A stretch of 64,000 bases of DNA from assembly GCA_951406725.2 (NCBI GenBank), contig OX597818.1:87172001-87236000 (forward strand), written 5' to 3'. A program made the position numbers and the translations under genes. This stretch comes from Octopus vulgaris (taxonomy: Eukaryota). This document shows positions 50,361 through 62,624 of this stretch, piece by piece; within the stretch, counting starts at the first letter, position 1, and each line of letters starts with the position of its first letter. Below the pieces are notes generated by a model that was not told the origin of the DNA, did not search any database, and saw nothing but the letters and a program-made list of their open reading frames with translations.

Positions 50361-51939
50361 TTAAGCTGGTGTTTGGAACATAGCCTGACATTCTGGAAGT
50401 TTTTAATTCAGATCACTTTAACCCTTTTGTTAGCATATTTCTATTAAAATAGACAACCTCCATTTATATTAATTTTGGAAATAGTGAAAAATTTAGTAAA
50501 ATAACTGTGTTTTTATTAAGCTGGTGTTTGAAATACTAATTAAGATGGAATTTTGATAGAAGCTTTTTAATTTAAGCTTGTATCATAAAAGTGAAGATTA
50601 AGATCCTACCAGTTGGTGTATCTCAGAATACTGTATCTTTACTTTTACCGATTCCACGTTATGTTATTCATATTAAATCACTATTTTTGGTGTTGAAACT
50701 TAAATTGTTTTGCTTTTATTGTTAAGTGTGGGAGGGACACTCAAGCACCTCTTCTCTGTTCGGAATTTCTCCACCCTTGTGTTTAAAGACTCCATTGTGG
50801 TGGCTGTATTGATGGTACTGTAACTAATGATGATGGGTAGGGGGACATGAGTGGCTTTGGTGAAGAGGTGGTGGTGATGGACATTATTCTAAACATCCAC
50901 TGATAGAAATTTCTTGTCAGAATATCTTCCTACCTCACCTCCATCCCACACACACTGCGCATGTTTTAAAGACAATGGCTTAGCCTGTCTATTAAGTGGC
51001 TTGTGTATTATTCAATTGTAGTGGTGGTTCTGATATTAATGGTGTGGAGGTATTGGCGCTAGTTTTAATGGTAAGGTGTAGTCAAGGACCAAGTTGCAGT
51101 GGTGGTGGTGTTGATATGAAGGTGGAGATATGTGATGACTGATGGTATGAGGGGGCACAGTATGCAGTTGGTGGTGGTGGTGGTGGTGGTTATAGTGTTG
51201 ATGTATGGTGGCAGTGATGTGATGAAGACCAATGGTAATAATGATACTGGAAGAAGCAGTAGTATTAATAAAGCATGAGAGAATGGTGATAGTGGAGATG
51301 TAGTGGTATTGATGATGCAATACATCATCTATAAACCAGTTAACAACAGCTCTTCTCTCTCTCTCTCTCTCTCACCTGCCCCTTTCATTGCCACACCCCT
51401 TTCACTCCTCTCTCTAAATTCTATCACACAACATGTACCAGAAATCCTACCAGCAATTTCACACTCTCTTAACTACACACACAAAAATACACATGCACAC
51501 ACTCTAGCACATCCCCCCCCCCCCCACACGCATATCTACTACTGTAGTGCCTGTCAAAAATGACAGGGTTGATATCTTTGTGTCCCATACCAACCACCGC
51601 CATCACCACAGTAATTTTTAACCCTTTAGCATTTGAACCAACCATATCCAGCCAATATATTACTACCTGTTTTATGTTCAAACTAACCTGATCCAGCCTC
51701 TCACACCTACCCTACAATGTGATTCTAAAAAATTACCTCATCAAAATCTCATAGCCAAAAGATAATGCATGATTAATGCAAAACAATGTGGATGAATAAG
51801 GATTACTTTTGACAGAATAATGTGAATGCTTAAAGGTTAATATTCCTGGTTCAAACCTTTGTTGTTCTGTCATTTATTTCGTCTTCTCTCACTTATTCAC
51901 CTCTGTTCATTCTCCGTTATTATCTCAAATGTGCCTTTT

Positions 51940-52387
51940 ATATTTTACTTGTTTCTGTCAGTAGGGCACCACCTTGAAGGGTTTTAGTCAAACACATTGA
52001 CCCCAGGATTTATTTTTTATACTCTGGTACATATTCTGTTAGTCTCTTTTGCCAAAGTGCTAAGTTACAGGATCATAAACCCACCAACATCGGTTGCCAA
52101 GTGGTGGTAGGGGACACATGCAGACACAAAGACACACTTAGATACATTCTCTTTTACTCTTTTATTCGTTTCAGTTATTTGATTGTAGCCATGCTGGAGC
52201 CCCACCTTTAGTCTAACAAATTGACTCTAGCACGTATTCTCTGTAAGACTAGTACTTATTCTATTGGTCTCTTTTGCCAAACTGCTAAGTTATGGGGGCA
52301 TAAACACACCAACATTGGTTGTCAAGTGATGGTGTGGGGGACAAACACAGACACACAAACACACACACACCCTCGCTCCCTCTCTCC

Positions 52388-52433
<46 letters not shown>

Positions 52434-52785
52434 GACGAGCTTCTTTTAGTTTCCGTCTACCAAATCCACTCACAAGGCTTTGGTCAGCCTTAGGCTGTAG
52501 TAGAAGACACCTGCTCAAGGTGCCACACAGTAGGACTGAACCCGGAACCATATGGTTGGTAAGCAAACTACACACACACACACACACACACATGATGAGC
52601 TTCTTTCAGTTTCTGTCAACCAAATCCACTCACAAGGCTTTGTCAACCAAATCCACTCACAAGGCTTTGGTCAGGCCAAGACTATAGTAGAAGACACTTG
52701 CCCAAGGTGCCATGCAGTTGGACTGGACCCAGGACCATATGTTTGGTAAGCAAGCTTCTTAACGCACAGCCATGCTTGCACCTAT
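51940..52785 (-). mobile_element. Nested or tandem SINE B copies (one older copy split by a younger one)
   Basis: B 3' half 51940-52135, full copy 52150-52570, B 5' half 52590-52785 with a 24-bp tandem duplication. Confidence 0.8.
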
Positions 52786-53339
52786 GCATACTTCTTAAAT
52801 ATTCCTTTCTCTCTCTCCCTCTTCATCATACACATATAATCTTTCACTTTTTCTCATAATTCTGTCAAATGCTGGTGCAAGGCCACCAATTATAACGAGA
52901 GAGGGTAGTCAATTACAGTGCCACCTCCCGCTCTCCTGCCTCACCTCAGTATCTGACTGCTCCTTACTTTATTGACCCTGAAAGAATGAAAACCATAGTT
53001 AACCTTGATGAGATTGGGGCTCAGCGCATAAAGAACTGAAAGAAATACCACTAAGCTAGCGCTTCATTTTCTCTTAATTAAAATCTGTCTCTACCACTTC
53101 CTCTCTCATATACACTCTCTATGATATCCGGCAGAAACTTTTCTACCTTTTTCTTTTACATGCTCTCTTTCTACCTCTTTCTCTCTCACTCTTTTTTTTT
53201 CTTCCTCTATCCTATATTTTACCATCTGTTCACATGATTGCCTATCACACGATCTGCTGACTGTTGAGAATTGAACTCACAACCTTATGACTATAAGCCG
53301 GATACCCTAACCACTAAATCAGGTGCCTTCACTGTAGGG

Positions 53340-53795
53340 TAACCTGGTTGGTTTGAACATAAAATAGGTAGGTATTTTGCAGACAAGAACATAAATTTCG
53401 AATGCAGTAAAGTTGTATGGACAGCAGTGAAAGATTGAGTATTTACCCTTATATGATGGGAAAAAGTTGCCAACAGAATACTCAGCTGGTATCTGAGGGG
53501 TGTGGGTTTGCATCCCGCTGTTGTCTACTAGCAATTTTTTTCTGACTTATAAGTGTAAAATACCCAATCTTTCTCTGCTGTTCCCACTGCTTTACTGTGT
53601 TCAAAAGTTACATTCTTATCGCATTCAAATAGGTTATAATTTATCTTTAAAATTGGCAGTGACAACTATCAGGGGGCCATTTAGCTTAATGGTAGAGTAC
53701 TCAGCTGTTATCTAAGGGATGTGGGTTTGCATCCCTCAGCCATCTACTAGCAACTTTTTTCTGTTCTTATAAGAGTAAATATCCAATGTTTCTTA
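53340..53795. mobile_element. tRNA-like-head repeat in inverted and tandem fragments; another fragment at ~54778-54865
   Basis: GGGGCCATTTAGCTTAATGGTAGAGTACTCAGCTGTTATCTAAGGGATGTGGGTTTGCATCCC (from 53672) is tRNA-like; 53420-53475 is the reverse complement of 53525-53582. Confidence 0.5.
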
Positions 53796-53799
53796 ATTC

Positions 53800-54200
53800 T
53801 TTACTGCCCACAAGGGGCTACACATAGAGGGGACAAAAAAGGACAGACAAACGGATTAAGTCGATTATATCGACCCCAGTGCATAACTGGTACTTATTTA
53901 ATCGACCGCGAAGGGATGAAAGGCAAAGTCGACCGCAGCAGAATTTAAAATCAGAACGTAGCGGCAGATGAAATACCTATTTCTTTACTACCCACAAAGG
54001 GCTAAACACAGAGAGGACAGACAAACAAATTAAGTTGATTATATCGACCCCAGTATGAAACTCGTATTTATTTAATTGACCCCGAAGGGGTTAAAGGCAA
54101 AGTCAGGTGTGGCGGAATTTGAACTCAGAACATTTCGGCAGATGAAATACTGCTAAGCATTTCGCCCGGCGTGCTAACATTTCTGCCAGTTCGCCACCTT
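53800..54200 (-). mobile_element. SINE A' dimer (variant tail TTTAGCCCCTTGTGGG.AGTAAAGAAATAGG)
   Basis: Two cores joined at AAATACCTATTTCTTT; the same dimer architecture occurs at 26845-27170. Confidence 0.8.
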
Positions 54201-54865
54201 TGAAAGACATTGTAGGGTAAATCTGGCTTTTTGTTGCTAATGGTGATGAGTATTTTAATTGATTTGATTAGCTGGAACAGCCTGCTTATGAAATTTACGT
54301 GCAAGTGGCCGAGCACTTGCTAAATTATAATTTATTTTAATGCGACAAGAAAGTAAATACCTAATTTTTCTCTGTTGTTCTTACACCTTCAAAATTTACT
54401 TTCTTCTCTGCAAAATACCAACACGTTTGGCACTCCCAAAGTTTGTTTATAAAATGTTATTGCATTCAAATAGCTTGCAATTCAGCTTTGAAATTGACAG
54501 TAACTGTTGTCAGCGGGATGTGGCAATATGCCGTGCTTGAGAAGAAGACCCATCAAGCCAAGTGAAATTGTAGTCATGGGGGATACTGGTGTCCTGCAAC
54601 CGGCACGTAAAAGTATCCATTACACTCTTGAAGTAGTTGGCGTTAGGAAGGGTATCCAACCATAGAAACAATGCCAAATCGGACTTGAGTCTGGTGCAGC
54701 CCCTCAGCTTACCAGCCCTGGTCAAACCATCAAACCCATGCCAACATGAAAAACGGATGTTAAATGATGATGATGATGACTCACCAGGTACCTGAGGGGT
54801 GTGGGTTCGTGTCCTGCAGCCGTCTGCTGGCAACTTTTTTCAGTTTTATTAGGGTAAAATACTCA

Positions 54866-55350
54866 GGCATAGGAGTGGCTGTGTGGTAAGTAGCTTGCAT
54901 ACCAACCACATGATTCCGAGTTCAGTCCCACTGCATAGCACCTTAAGCAAGTGTCTTCTACTATAGCCTCGGGCCGACCAAAGCCTTGTGAGTGGATTTG
55001 GTAGACGGAAACTGAAAGAAGTCAGTCGTATATATGTGTGTATATATATATGTATGTATGTCTGTATTTGTCCCTCCCTAACATCACTTGACAACCGATG
55101 CTTGTGTGTTTATGTCCCCATAACAACCGGGGACATAAACACAGCTACAAAGACTTACACAGATACATATATACACACACACATATGATGGACTTATTTC
55201 ATTTTCCATCTACCGAATCCACTCACAAGGCTTTGATCGGCACAAGGCTTTAGTAGAAGACACTTGCCCAAGGTTCCACGCAGTGGGATTGAACCTAGGA
55301 CCATGTGGTTGGGATGCAAGTTTCTTACCACACAGCTACACCTGCACCTA
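54866..55350. mobile_element. Two SINE B 5' halves fused in inverted orientation
   Basis: TGTGTTTATGTCCCC-ATAACAACC-GGGGACATAAACACA at the junction (~55105-55143). Confidence 0.8.
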
Positions 55351-55358
55351 TGTATATA

Positions 55359-55738
55359 TCTTTATATATAAAAGTGAGGTTGTGTGCTGTCTGTTTCCTA
55401 CGATTTAGATTCTTAACTACTCCCACATTTTGCGGTGCAGTTTAACCAAAACCGGGTATCTTATAGCCGTGATTCATATCGAGCTCTTCTGGGTATTAGC
55501 GTGCGTCTACGATGAATCTATGATTTAAAAAAAAATTTACCATCAATTTTTCCCATTTTAATGCATTTTTGGCATTCTCTAAAAATTTATTATTAAATCT
55601 CAGAACGTAAAAAGCTACAGTAACACCCCCATCCTTTGTGGTTAACCGTATTGAGATGGCTATTATACTTTACATCTCTAAAAATGCTTATATAGTTATT
55701 TCCCTTACAAACCCGAGCAACGCCGGGCGATACTGCTA

Positions 55739-55739
<1 letters not shown>
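55359..55739 (+). mobile_element. Non-autonomous Helitron
   Basis: A|TC start, 3' hairpin CCCGAGCAACGCCGGG, CTAG|T end, no TSD. Confidence 0.8.
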
Positions 55740-55777
<38 letters not shown>

Positions 55778-56100
55778 TTTGCAAATAAGTGGCTGTTTTA
55801 ATTTATGTATAATTGCCTGTTATTTGTAGATTTACTTATGTTTGCTGCCTAGACAATGCCTGGCTTGTATTATAATTACGTAATTATAAATACAGATATT
55901 TGTCTATTGTGTATGTGTGGTGTGGGTATATGTTTAGTGTGTGTGTATGCTTGTGTGTGTGTGTGCCTACCCATTCTTTAGACTCTCTCTGCCTTGCAGC
56001 AAATGTCTCTTCTTTAATGGATCTCTCAGACAGTGAAGATTAGGAAAATAATTGACCGTTATTCTGTTGCATCATTCTTCCCCCACCCACCCCACACATG

Positions 56101-56141
<41 letters not shown>

Positions 56142-56239
56142 GTTTGTAATGTCTGGTCTTTAACTGTTCCGGTATTTTTTAATAATTGCAACTACTGTTG
56201 TTGATTGCATCTATGTTGCATTAATCTGTGCAACAACTA

Positions 56240-57085
56240 GGGCCAGATATGGCTGTTTGATGAAGAAGCTTTCTTGCCAAGCACATGGTTTTGGGTTCAG
56301 TCCCACTGTGTGGCACCTCGGGCAGGTGTCTTGTATTACAGCCCCAGTCCAGTCTGTGCCTTGTAAGTTGATTTGGTAGGCAGACACTGAGAGAATCCTA
56401 TTGTGTGTGTCTTCATTTTGGTGTCTGCCCTTCCACTACTTAACAACTGGTGTTGGTTTGATTACATCCCTGTGAACTAGCTGTTTGCCACAAGAGACTG
56501 ATAAAATAAGTGCCAGACTTAGAATAAGCACTGGGGTCAATTTGATCAACTAACCCAGTGAATGAAACAAAAGGTAACAGAATATATAACCCACATATGG
56601 CACAGGAGGCGGGTTGCATTTTCCTTGTTCTGCTCCTTTTATTTAGTAGTAGCCCCAGGTCAGTCTTGATCCAACAGCCACATAATCAAGAATGTTCCCT
56701 CTGTGACCATCCAATCATTTTGGCTGTGTGGTACAAAGCTTGCCTCCCAACCACATGGTTCCGGGTTCACTTCCACTGCTTGGCACCTTGAGCAAGCGTC
56801 TTCTGTAGCCTCAGGCCTTGTGAGTGAATTTGGTAGATGGGAACTGAAAGATCCTGTTATATATATGTATGTATGTATGTATATCTGTGTTTGTCCCCCA
56901 CCACCACTTAAATGATGTTGGTGTGTTTACATACCCGTAACTTTGCAGTTCGGCAAAAAGAGGCCAATAGAATAAGTACTAGGCTTACAAAGAATAAGTC
57001 CTGGGCTCGGTTTCTTCAACTAAAAAACCCTCTAAGGTGGTGTTCCAGCATGGCCATGGTCAAATGACTAAAAGAAGTAAAACAA
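56240..57085 (+). mobile_element. Two SINE B copies (~56240-56580 and ~56720-57085)
   Basis: B consensus blocks in order, twice. Confidence 0.8.
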
Positions 57086-57139
57086 AGAATAGGACTTCAT
57101 TATTCAATCCATCATCCTTCCATTTTGAAGGTCAAGTGA

Positions 57140-57730
57140 TCGTACAGAATTTCTCTTCTCGGACACAAAACTCCACTTGTGAAGACCTGTTGAGGCAAGT
57201 GAAAATCAAAATCGTAATCTGTCAACATCAATGGAATTTGTAGCTGTGATACCAGTGCCGGTGGCACGTAAGAGAACCATCCAAACGTGGCCGTAGCCAG
57301 CGCCGCCCGACTGGCATTCGTACCAGTGGCACGTAAAAAACACCATCCGACCGTGGCCGTTGCCAGCTTCGTCTAGTCCCCATGCCGGTGGCACGTAAAA
57401 AGCACCATCCGATCGTGGCCGTTTGCCAGCCTCATCTGGCACGTAAAAAACACCATCCGACCGTGGCCGTTGCCAGCTTCGTTTGGTCCCCATGCCGGTG
57501 GCACGTAAAAAGCACCATCTGATTGTGGCCGTTTGCCAGCCTCATCTGGCACGTAAAAAGCACCCACTACACTCACGGAGTGGTTGGCGTTAGGAAGGGC
57601 ATCCAGCTGTAGAAACACTGCCAGATCAGACTGGAGCCTGGTGCAGCCTTCTGGCTTCCCAGACCCCAGTTGAACCGTCCAACCCATGCCAGCATGGAAA
57701 GCGGACTTTAAACGATGATGATGATGATGA
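57140..57730 (+). mobile_element. Long, CpG-intact family C retroposon with internal tandem expansion
   Basis: GGCACGTAA(A/G)A..CACCATCC unit six times (57262-57565), then GGCGTTAGGAAGGGCATCCAGCTGTAGAAAC and a TAAAC(GAT)n tail. Confidence 0.85.
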
Positions 57731-58127
57731 TAATTTAACCCCAAATCAACCTTGTTCCAATGCCTGGAACCATAATCAACAGTGCTCCAGCTGTGGCCAC
57801 CATATATCTTTTATTCTGACTTTGAATATCTAGGCAGCATTATCCAATGTGCTTACTGCTCTTTTTTCTTTATTTAGTTGGTACCATGAATTTTAAGGGA
57901 ACATTAGGCTGCTGTTTCTAACAGGTTGAAAAGTAATTACTTATAGAAGCCCCATTACCTCTTTCCTTAGTTAATTAAATCACCAGTGTAATTAACTTGA
58001 AACCTAAAACAAAGAAACCTTTTGTGGTTTCTCAAATTGATAGAATTAGCAGCGAAACTTCTCAAATCAAATCCTGCCATCTTAAGTAAGGCAGAGATGC
58101 ATTAGATAATGTAGTCCTATGTGTGTG

Positions 58128-58523
58128 TGTGGCTGTGTGGTAAGTAGCTTGCTTACCAACCAGATGGTTCCAGTTTCAGACCAAAGCCTTGTGAGTGGAT
58201 TTGGTTGACGGAAACTGAAAGCACAACCTTTAGTCGAGCAAATCGACCCCAGGACTTATTCTTTGTAAGCCTAGTGCTTATTCTATCAGTCTCTTTTGCT
58301 GAACTGCTAAGTTACAGGCACGTAAATGCACCAACATTGGTTGTCAAACAATGTTGGGGGAACAAACATATACACACATATATACGACGGGCTTCTTTCA
58401 GTTTCCGTCTACCAAATTCACACAAGAGGCTTTGGTCAGACCAAGGCTGTAATAGAAGATACTTGCCCAAGGTGCCACACAATGGGACTGAACCCAGAAC
58501 CTTGTGGTTTGTAAGCAAGCTAC
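58128..58523. mobile_element. SINE B head fragment (+) abutting a minus-strand SINE B
   Basis: Orientation switches at ~58221. Confidence 0.75.
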
Positions 58524-58525
58524 TC

Positions 58526-58606
<81 letters not shown>

Positions 58607-58607
58607 T

Positions 58608-58638
<31 letters not shown>

Positions 58639-59307
58639 TACACACTTGTATACACACACACACATGTGCTTGCACATAAAAGGATGGGATTTGGGTGTTT
58701 GAAATGTCTTTCATTGTAGGTCTTTTCAAAGACGGTTGACTTGGCGCTGTACAACAAAAACAACTGCAGCCTTGTAGTAGAGTCTTTTCATTGTGTATAT
58801 ATAAACATTGATGGTTTTTGCTGTCATTCTTTACTTCCCTAACTGTACTCCAGTGACTGGCTTAAAGTAACTGGATCTAAAAATATAATCTGAACTTAAA
58901 TATACATGTACAATACTTACACACACATATGCATACATATATGTGTGTGTGTGTGCATATACGTACATGCATATATAGCTAAATATGTATGCATGTATAC
59001 ACACAAGCAAACATATATACATGCACGTGTGTGTGTATGTATATATATATATATATATACACTCACATGCATATATATATATACACACACATATATGTGC
59101 ATGTATATATGTGCTTGTATGTATACATGCATACATATGTGTGTGTTTATGCTTATACATACATGCATATATAGCTAAATATGTATATATGTATACACAC
59201 AAGCACATATATATATATATACACACACGCATATATATACATACACCCACGCATGTATACTTAGACATACACAGACTCACATGCACACACATACATACAC
59301 TGATTTC

Positions 59308-59357
<50 letters not shown>

Positions 59358-60114
59358 AGTATGAAAAGTGGATCTTAAATGATGATGATTATATTTGTGT
59401 GTGTGTGTGTGTATATATAGACACACACATGTGCACATATATATTCATGTACAGACATACACATATGTTACGTGTGTTCTGGTGTTCGCTCTGTTTCGCA
59501 TTTAACGTTTACATAATCGCCACCGTTCTTGTTGTTGTTCTTCTCTTCCTTTATTTACTTATTGACTTAATCGTCTTTTTCCTGGCATTCACAAAAATGT
59601 TTGCAATTCTATCTCTTCGTGGAATCTCTTTTGCAACATGTAAAAGAGTGCAGCTGAGAATGTGATGCAGTGCAGAACGCATGTACGCATGCATACACGT
59701 ATGTACATGTGTGTGTGTGTTTTAGATTCTATCTTTGTATGTACACGTGAATATCTCTATCTACACCAGTCTGGTCTGTACATTGAAATACATGCTGTGC
59801 AGAAGAGGTAGTTGCTATGGCGATGTATAGCCGAACGAAGGTGGGTTGGACCGAGCTGGGTTGAGCTGAGCCAAGTTGGGAAAGGGGCAGGGATAGGGTT
59901 AGCGTGTTACGGATGAACAAGCGAGACATTTTAAAGAAAGAGGTAGGTTTGGTTCAGTTTGGAGAAGGCGTAATAATTGGAACGCTATGGAGTTGTTTCC
60001 CAGAGACAACATACAGGGAATTGTTAGAGCCAAGCTTCATCTTATCTGACAAAGATGTGTGTGTGTGTGTGTGTGTGGTCCCATAATGTACTTTTATGTA
60101 ATTGCAGCATATCC

Positions 60115-60169
<55 letters not shown>

Positions 60170-61431
60170 ATGGGAATTTGCTGTTCTGGTAAAATGTGTG
60201 TAGGGGCGGTAGTGCATCATTTGACAACCCACACAAAGGTAAACTGGAAAAACTTTAGAAATTCATGATTGCTTTGAGGTGAAGAACAGGGTGTTGGCGG
60301 CAGCGGTGGTGGTGGTGGTGGCGGCCACAGGGAATCAGTCTGTAAGATGGTGGTGTTGGTGGTAACGGCTGCCACTGGGACTAAACTCATATGATGGTGG
60401 TGATGGAAGCAACCACAGGGGAATAAATTGGATGGATGGATATATATGTATGTGTGTGTGTGTGTGTGTGTTGTATTTATTTCGGTATTGGGTAGATGTG
60501 TATTGGGATTTGCTCCACTTGGTTCTGATTGGTTCTTTACATTGAATACACCAGAGTAGTGGTAATGGTGGTGGCGGTGGTAGTAGTAGTGTGCTAGTAG
60601 CAGGAATAATTGCTGTTGTTTTGTAGCCCTGGGTCAGTCCTGGTTGAGAAAACCTATGACCAAAGACATTTCAGTTTTTACCATGCCATCATTTTCCTAC
60701 ATGTAGAAAACCTAGGACTATATCGTCTGTTGTCCTTCCTAAATTAGTTGGGTGTGATTTGTGGGTGATTTGGTTGCTGTTTCTAGGCTGTTGAGTAACT
60801 ACATAGAGGCTCCCTTATTGGCTTAAACTTCTAGCATTTAAACCAACCATATCTGACCCAAACCTTTCTTGTTTTATTTTCAAACTGGTCATATCCAGCC
60901 TCTCACACCTACACAACGTCATTGTAAAAAATAAGCAGTCACACCACTGAAATCTTGAAGCTACAAATTAATGTGTGATTAATTCAAAATTAAGTAAATA
61001 AATAGGCATTTCATTTGACAGGATAATCTAAATGCTAAAGGGTTAAAGTTAGTTGGTGAAATATCAATGAATAATCCATAGGTCTGTAGATCCAAATGTA
61101 CAGTGCTTGCCTTGTGGAGTATCATTTTGTATATACCAACATGCAGTGTAAGCATGTTGTGTTTCCTCTGCAGTTTAGTCTTTCTGTATTCCTGTTGTTA
61201 TTGTTCTGGAAAGCTGATGTTGTAGACCTGTGAGAAACAGATAACTGGCTGATTGAGAGAGATCCATAGATCCATGGTCTTCGTCTTGTTTAAAATAGTA
61301 CTGCATGCACAGTTGTGGCTGTGGGTTGAAGAACGGTTTTGGGTTCAGTGGCACTTTTGGCAAATGTCTTTTACTCTACCTCAAGAACAACCAAAGCTTT
61401 GTGAGTGAATCTGGTAGACAGGAACTGAATA

Positions 61432-61620
61432 TAGGGAAAGTTTACGAAAATAAACAAAAGATGAAGGCAGGTGGAGTACAAACAAACAAATGTATTAGTA
61501 TAGCGCTCAGGAATAGAAATAGAAAAAGTCTTTTACGTTTCGAGCCTATGCTCTTTGACAGAAAGATACACAGAAAAAAACAAGGAGAGAAAAAAATGCG
61601 TGTAGGAGCTAACGATCTAT
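61432..61620 (-). mobile_element. P2 Penelope-like fragment with HHR-like motif at 61530-61565, following a SINE B head
   Basis: Minus strand CTTT-CTGTCAA-A-GAGC-ATAG-GCTC-GAAA-CG-TA-AAAG. Confidence 0.55.
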
Positions 61621-62391
61621 CATATGTATGTATATATGTATGTATGCATGTATGTATGTATGAGAGAGAGAGATAGCTGTAAGGAAACAGCTGTAGGTCA
61701 AATCTACTACAGTAAAGGAACATGCAATGACCATTATTTATGCCTGGGTGGTTGGTGTTAGGAAGAGCATCCAGCTGTAAAAACCATGCCAAAACAGACA
61801 CAGATGTCTGGTGCAGTCTTCTGCCTAGTCAGCTCCTGTCGAACCATCCAACCCATGCCAACATGGAAAGCACACGTTAAACGATGACGATATAGCTTAT
61901 TGTCCTGTTATAAGTGGGGTCAACAAAAAAAGGGTATTCCATAAATATCATTTAATATACACAGCATTTAAGTAGGAGCTACTAAGAGTTTCATGCCATG
62001 GAAACCCAATTTGGCAGATTTATATATCGTGCCTAGTGCCTTCAAGCATTCTTTCAGGATCAGTGCACCAGGGTAGTGGTGGGTGTCTTAAGGTAGTGGT
62101 GTGGTTTGAGAAAGGATTAGCTGTTGTTTCTAGTACATAGAGACTTGTTGGATATGAGATGTTTTGGCATGGCTGTTTTGGCGCTGCGTATTTGGTATGC
62201 TGATTCATCTCCGTCTTATTTGATATCAGTCATTTTAATATTTCTCACATTTAAAGGCAGCAAGCTGGCAGATTTGTTTGCATGCTGGACGAAATTCTTA
62301 GCACTATTTTGTTTGCCTTTACATTCTGAGTTCAAATTCTGCTGAGGTTAATTTTGTCTTTCATCCTTTCAGGGTCAATAAAATAAGTACC

Positions 62392-62624
62392 TATTTCTTT
62401 ATTACCCACAAGGGGCTAAACACAGAGGGGACAAACAAGGACAGACATAGGTATTAAGTCGATTACATCGACCCCAGTGCATAACTGGTACTTAATTTAT
62501 CGACCCCGAAAGGATGAAAGGCAAAGTCGACCTCGGCGGAATTTGAACTCACAACGTAACGCAGACGAAATACCGCTAAGCATTTCGCCCTGCATGCCAA
62601 AGTTTCTGCCAGCTCACCGCCTTG
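62392..62624 (-). mobile_element. Young SINE A' inserted antisense into an older SINE A (~62255-62700)
   Basis: 14-bp TSD ATAAAATAAGTACC at 62378-91 and 62625-38. Confidence 0.9.

Noticed and set aside
53672-53745. Possible tRNA-Asn gene
   Set aside because: Acceptor stem does not pair, the T-loop is non-canonical, and related copies carry different anticodons; treated as a repeat head
57262-57565. GGCACGTAAAA repeats resembling a CRISPR or iteron array
   Set aside because: Internal tandem duplication of retroposon family C; spacers are duplicated
58985-59665. Longest ORF (226 aa) and the many similar [16 protein letters not shown] ORFs
   Set aside because: Translations of (TA)n, (CA)n and (TATC)n microsatellites that lack stops by composition; no domain-like content
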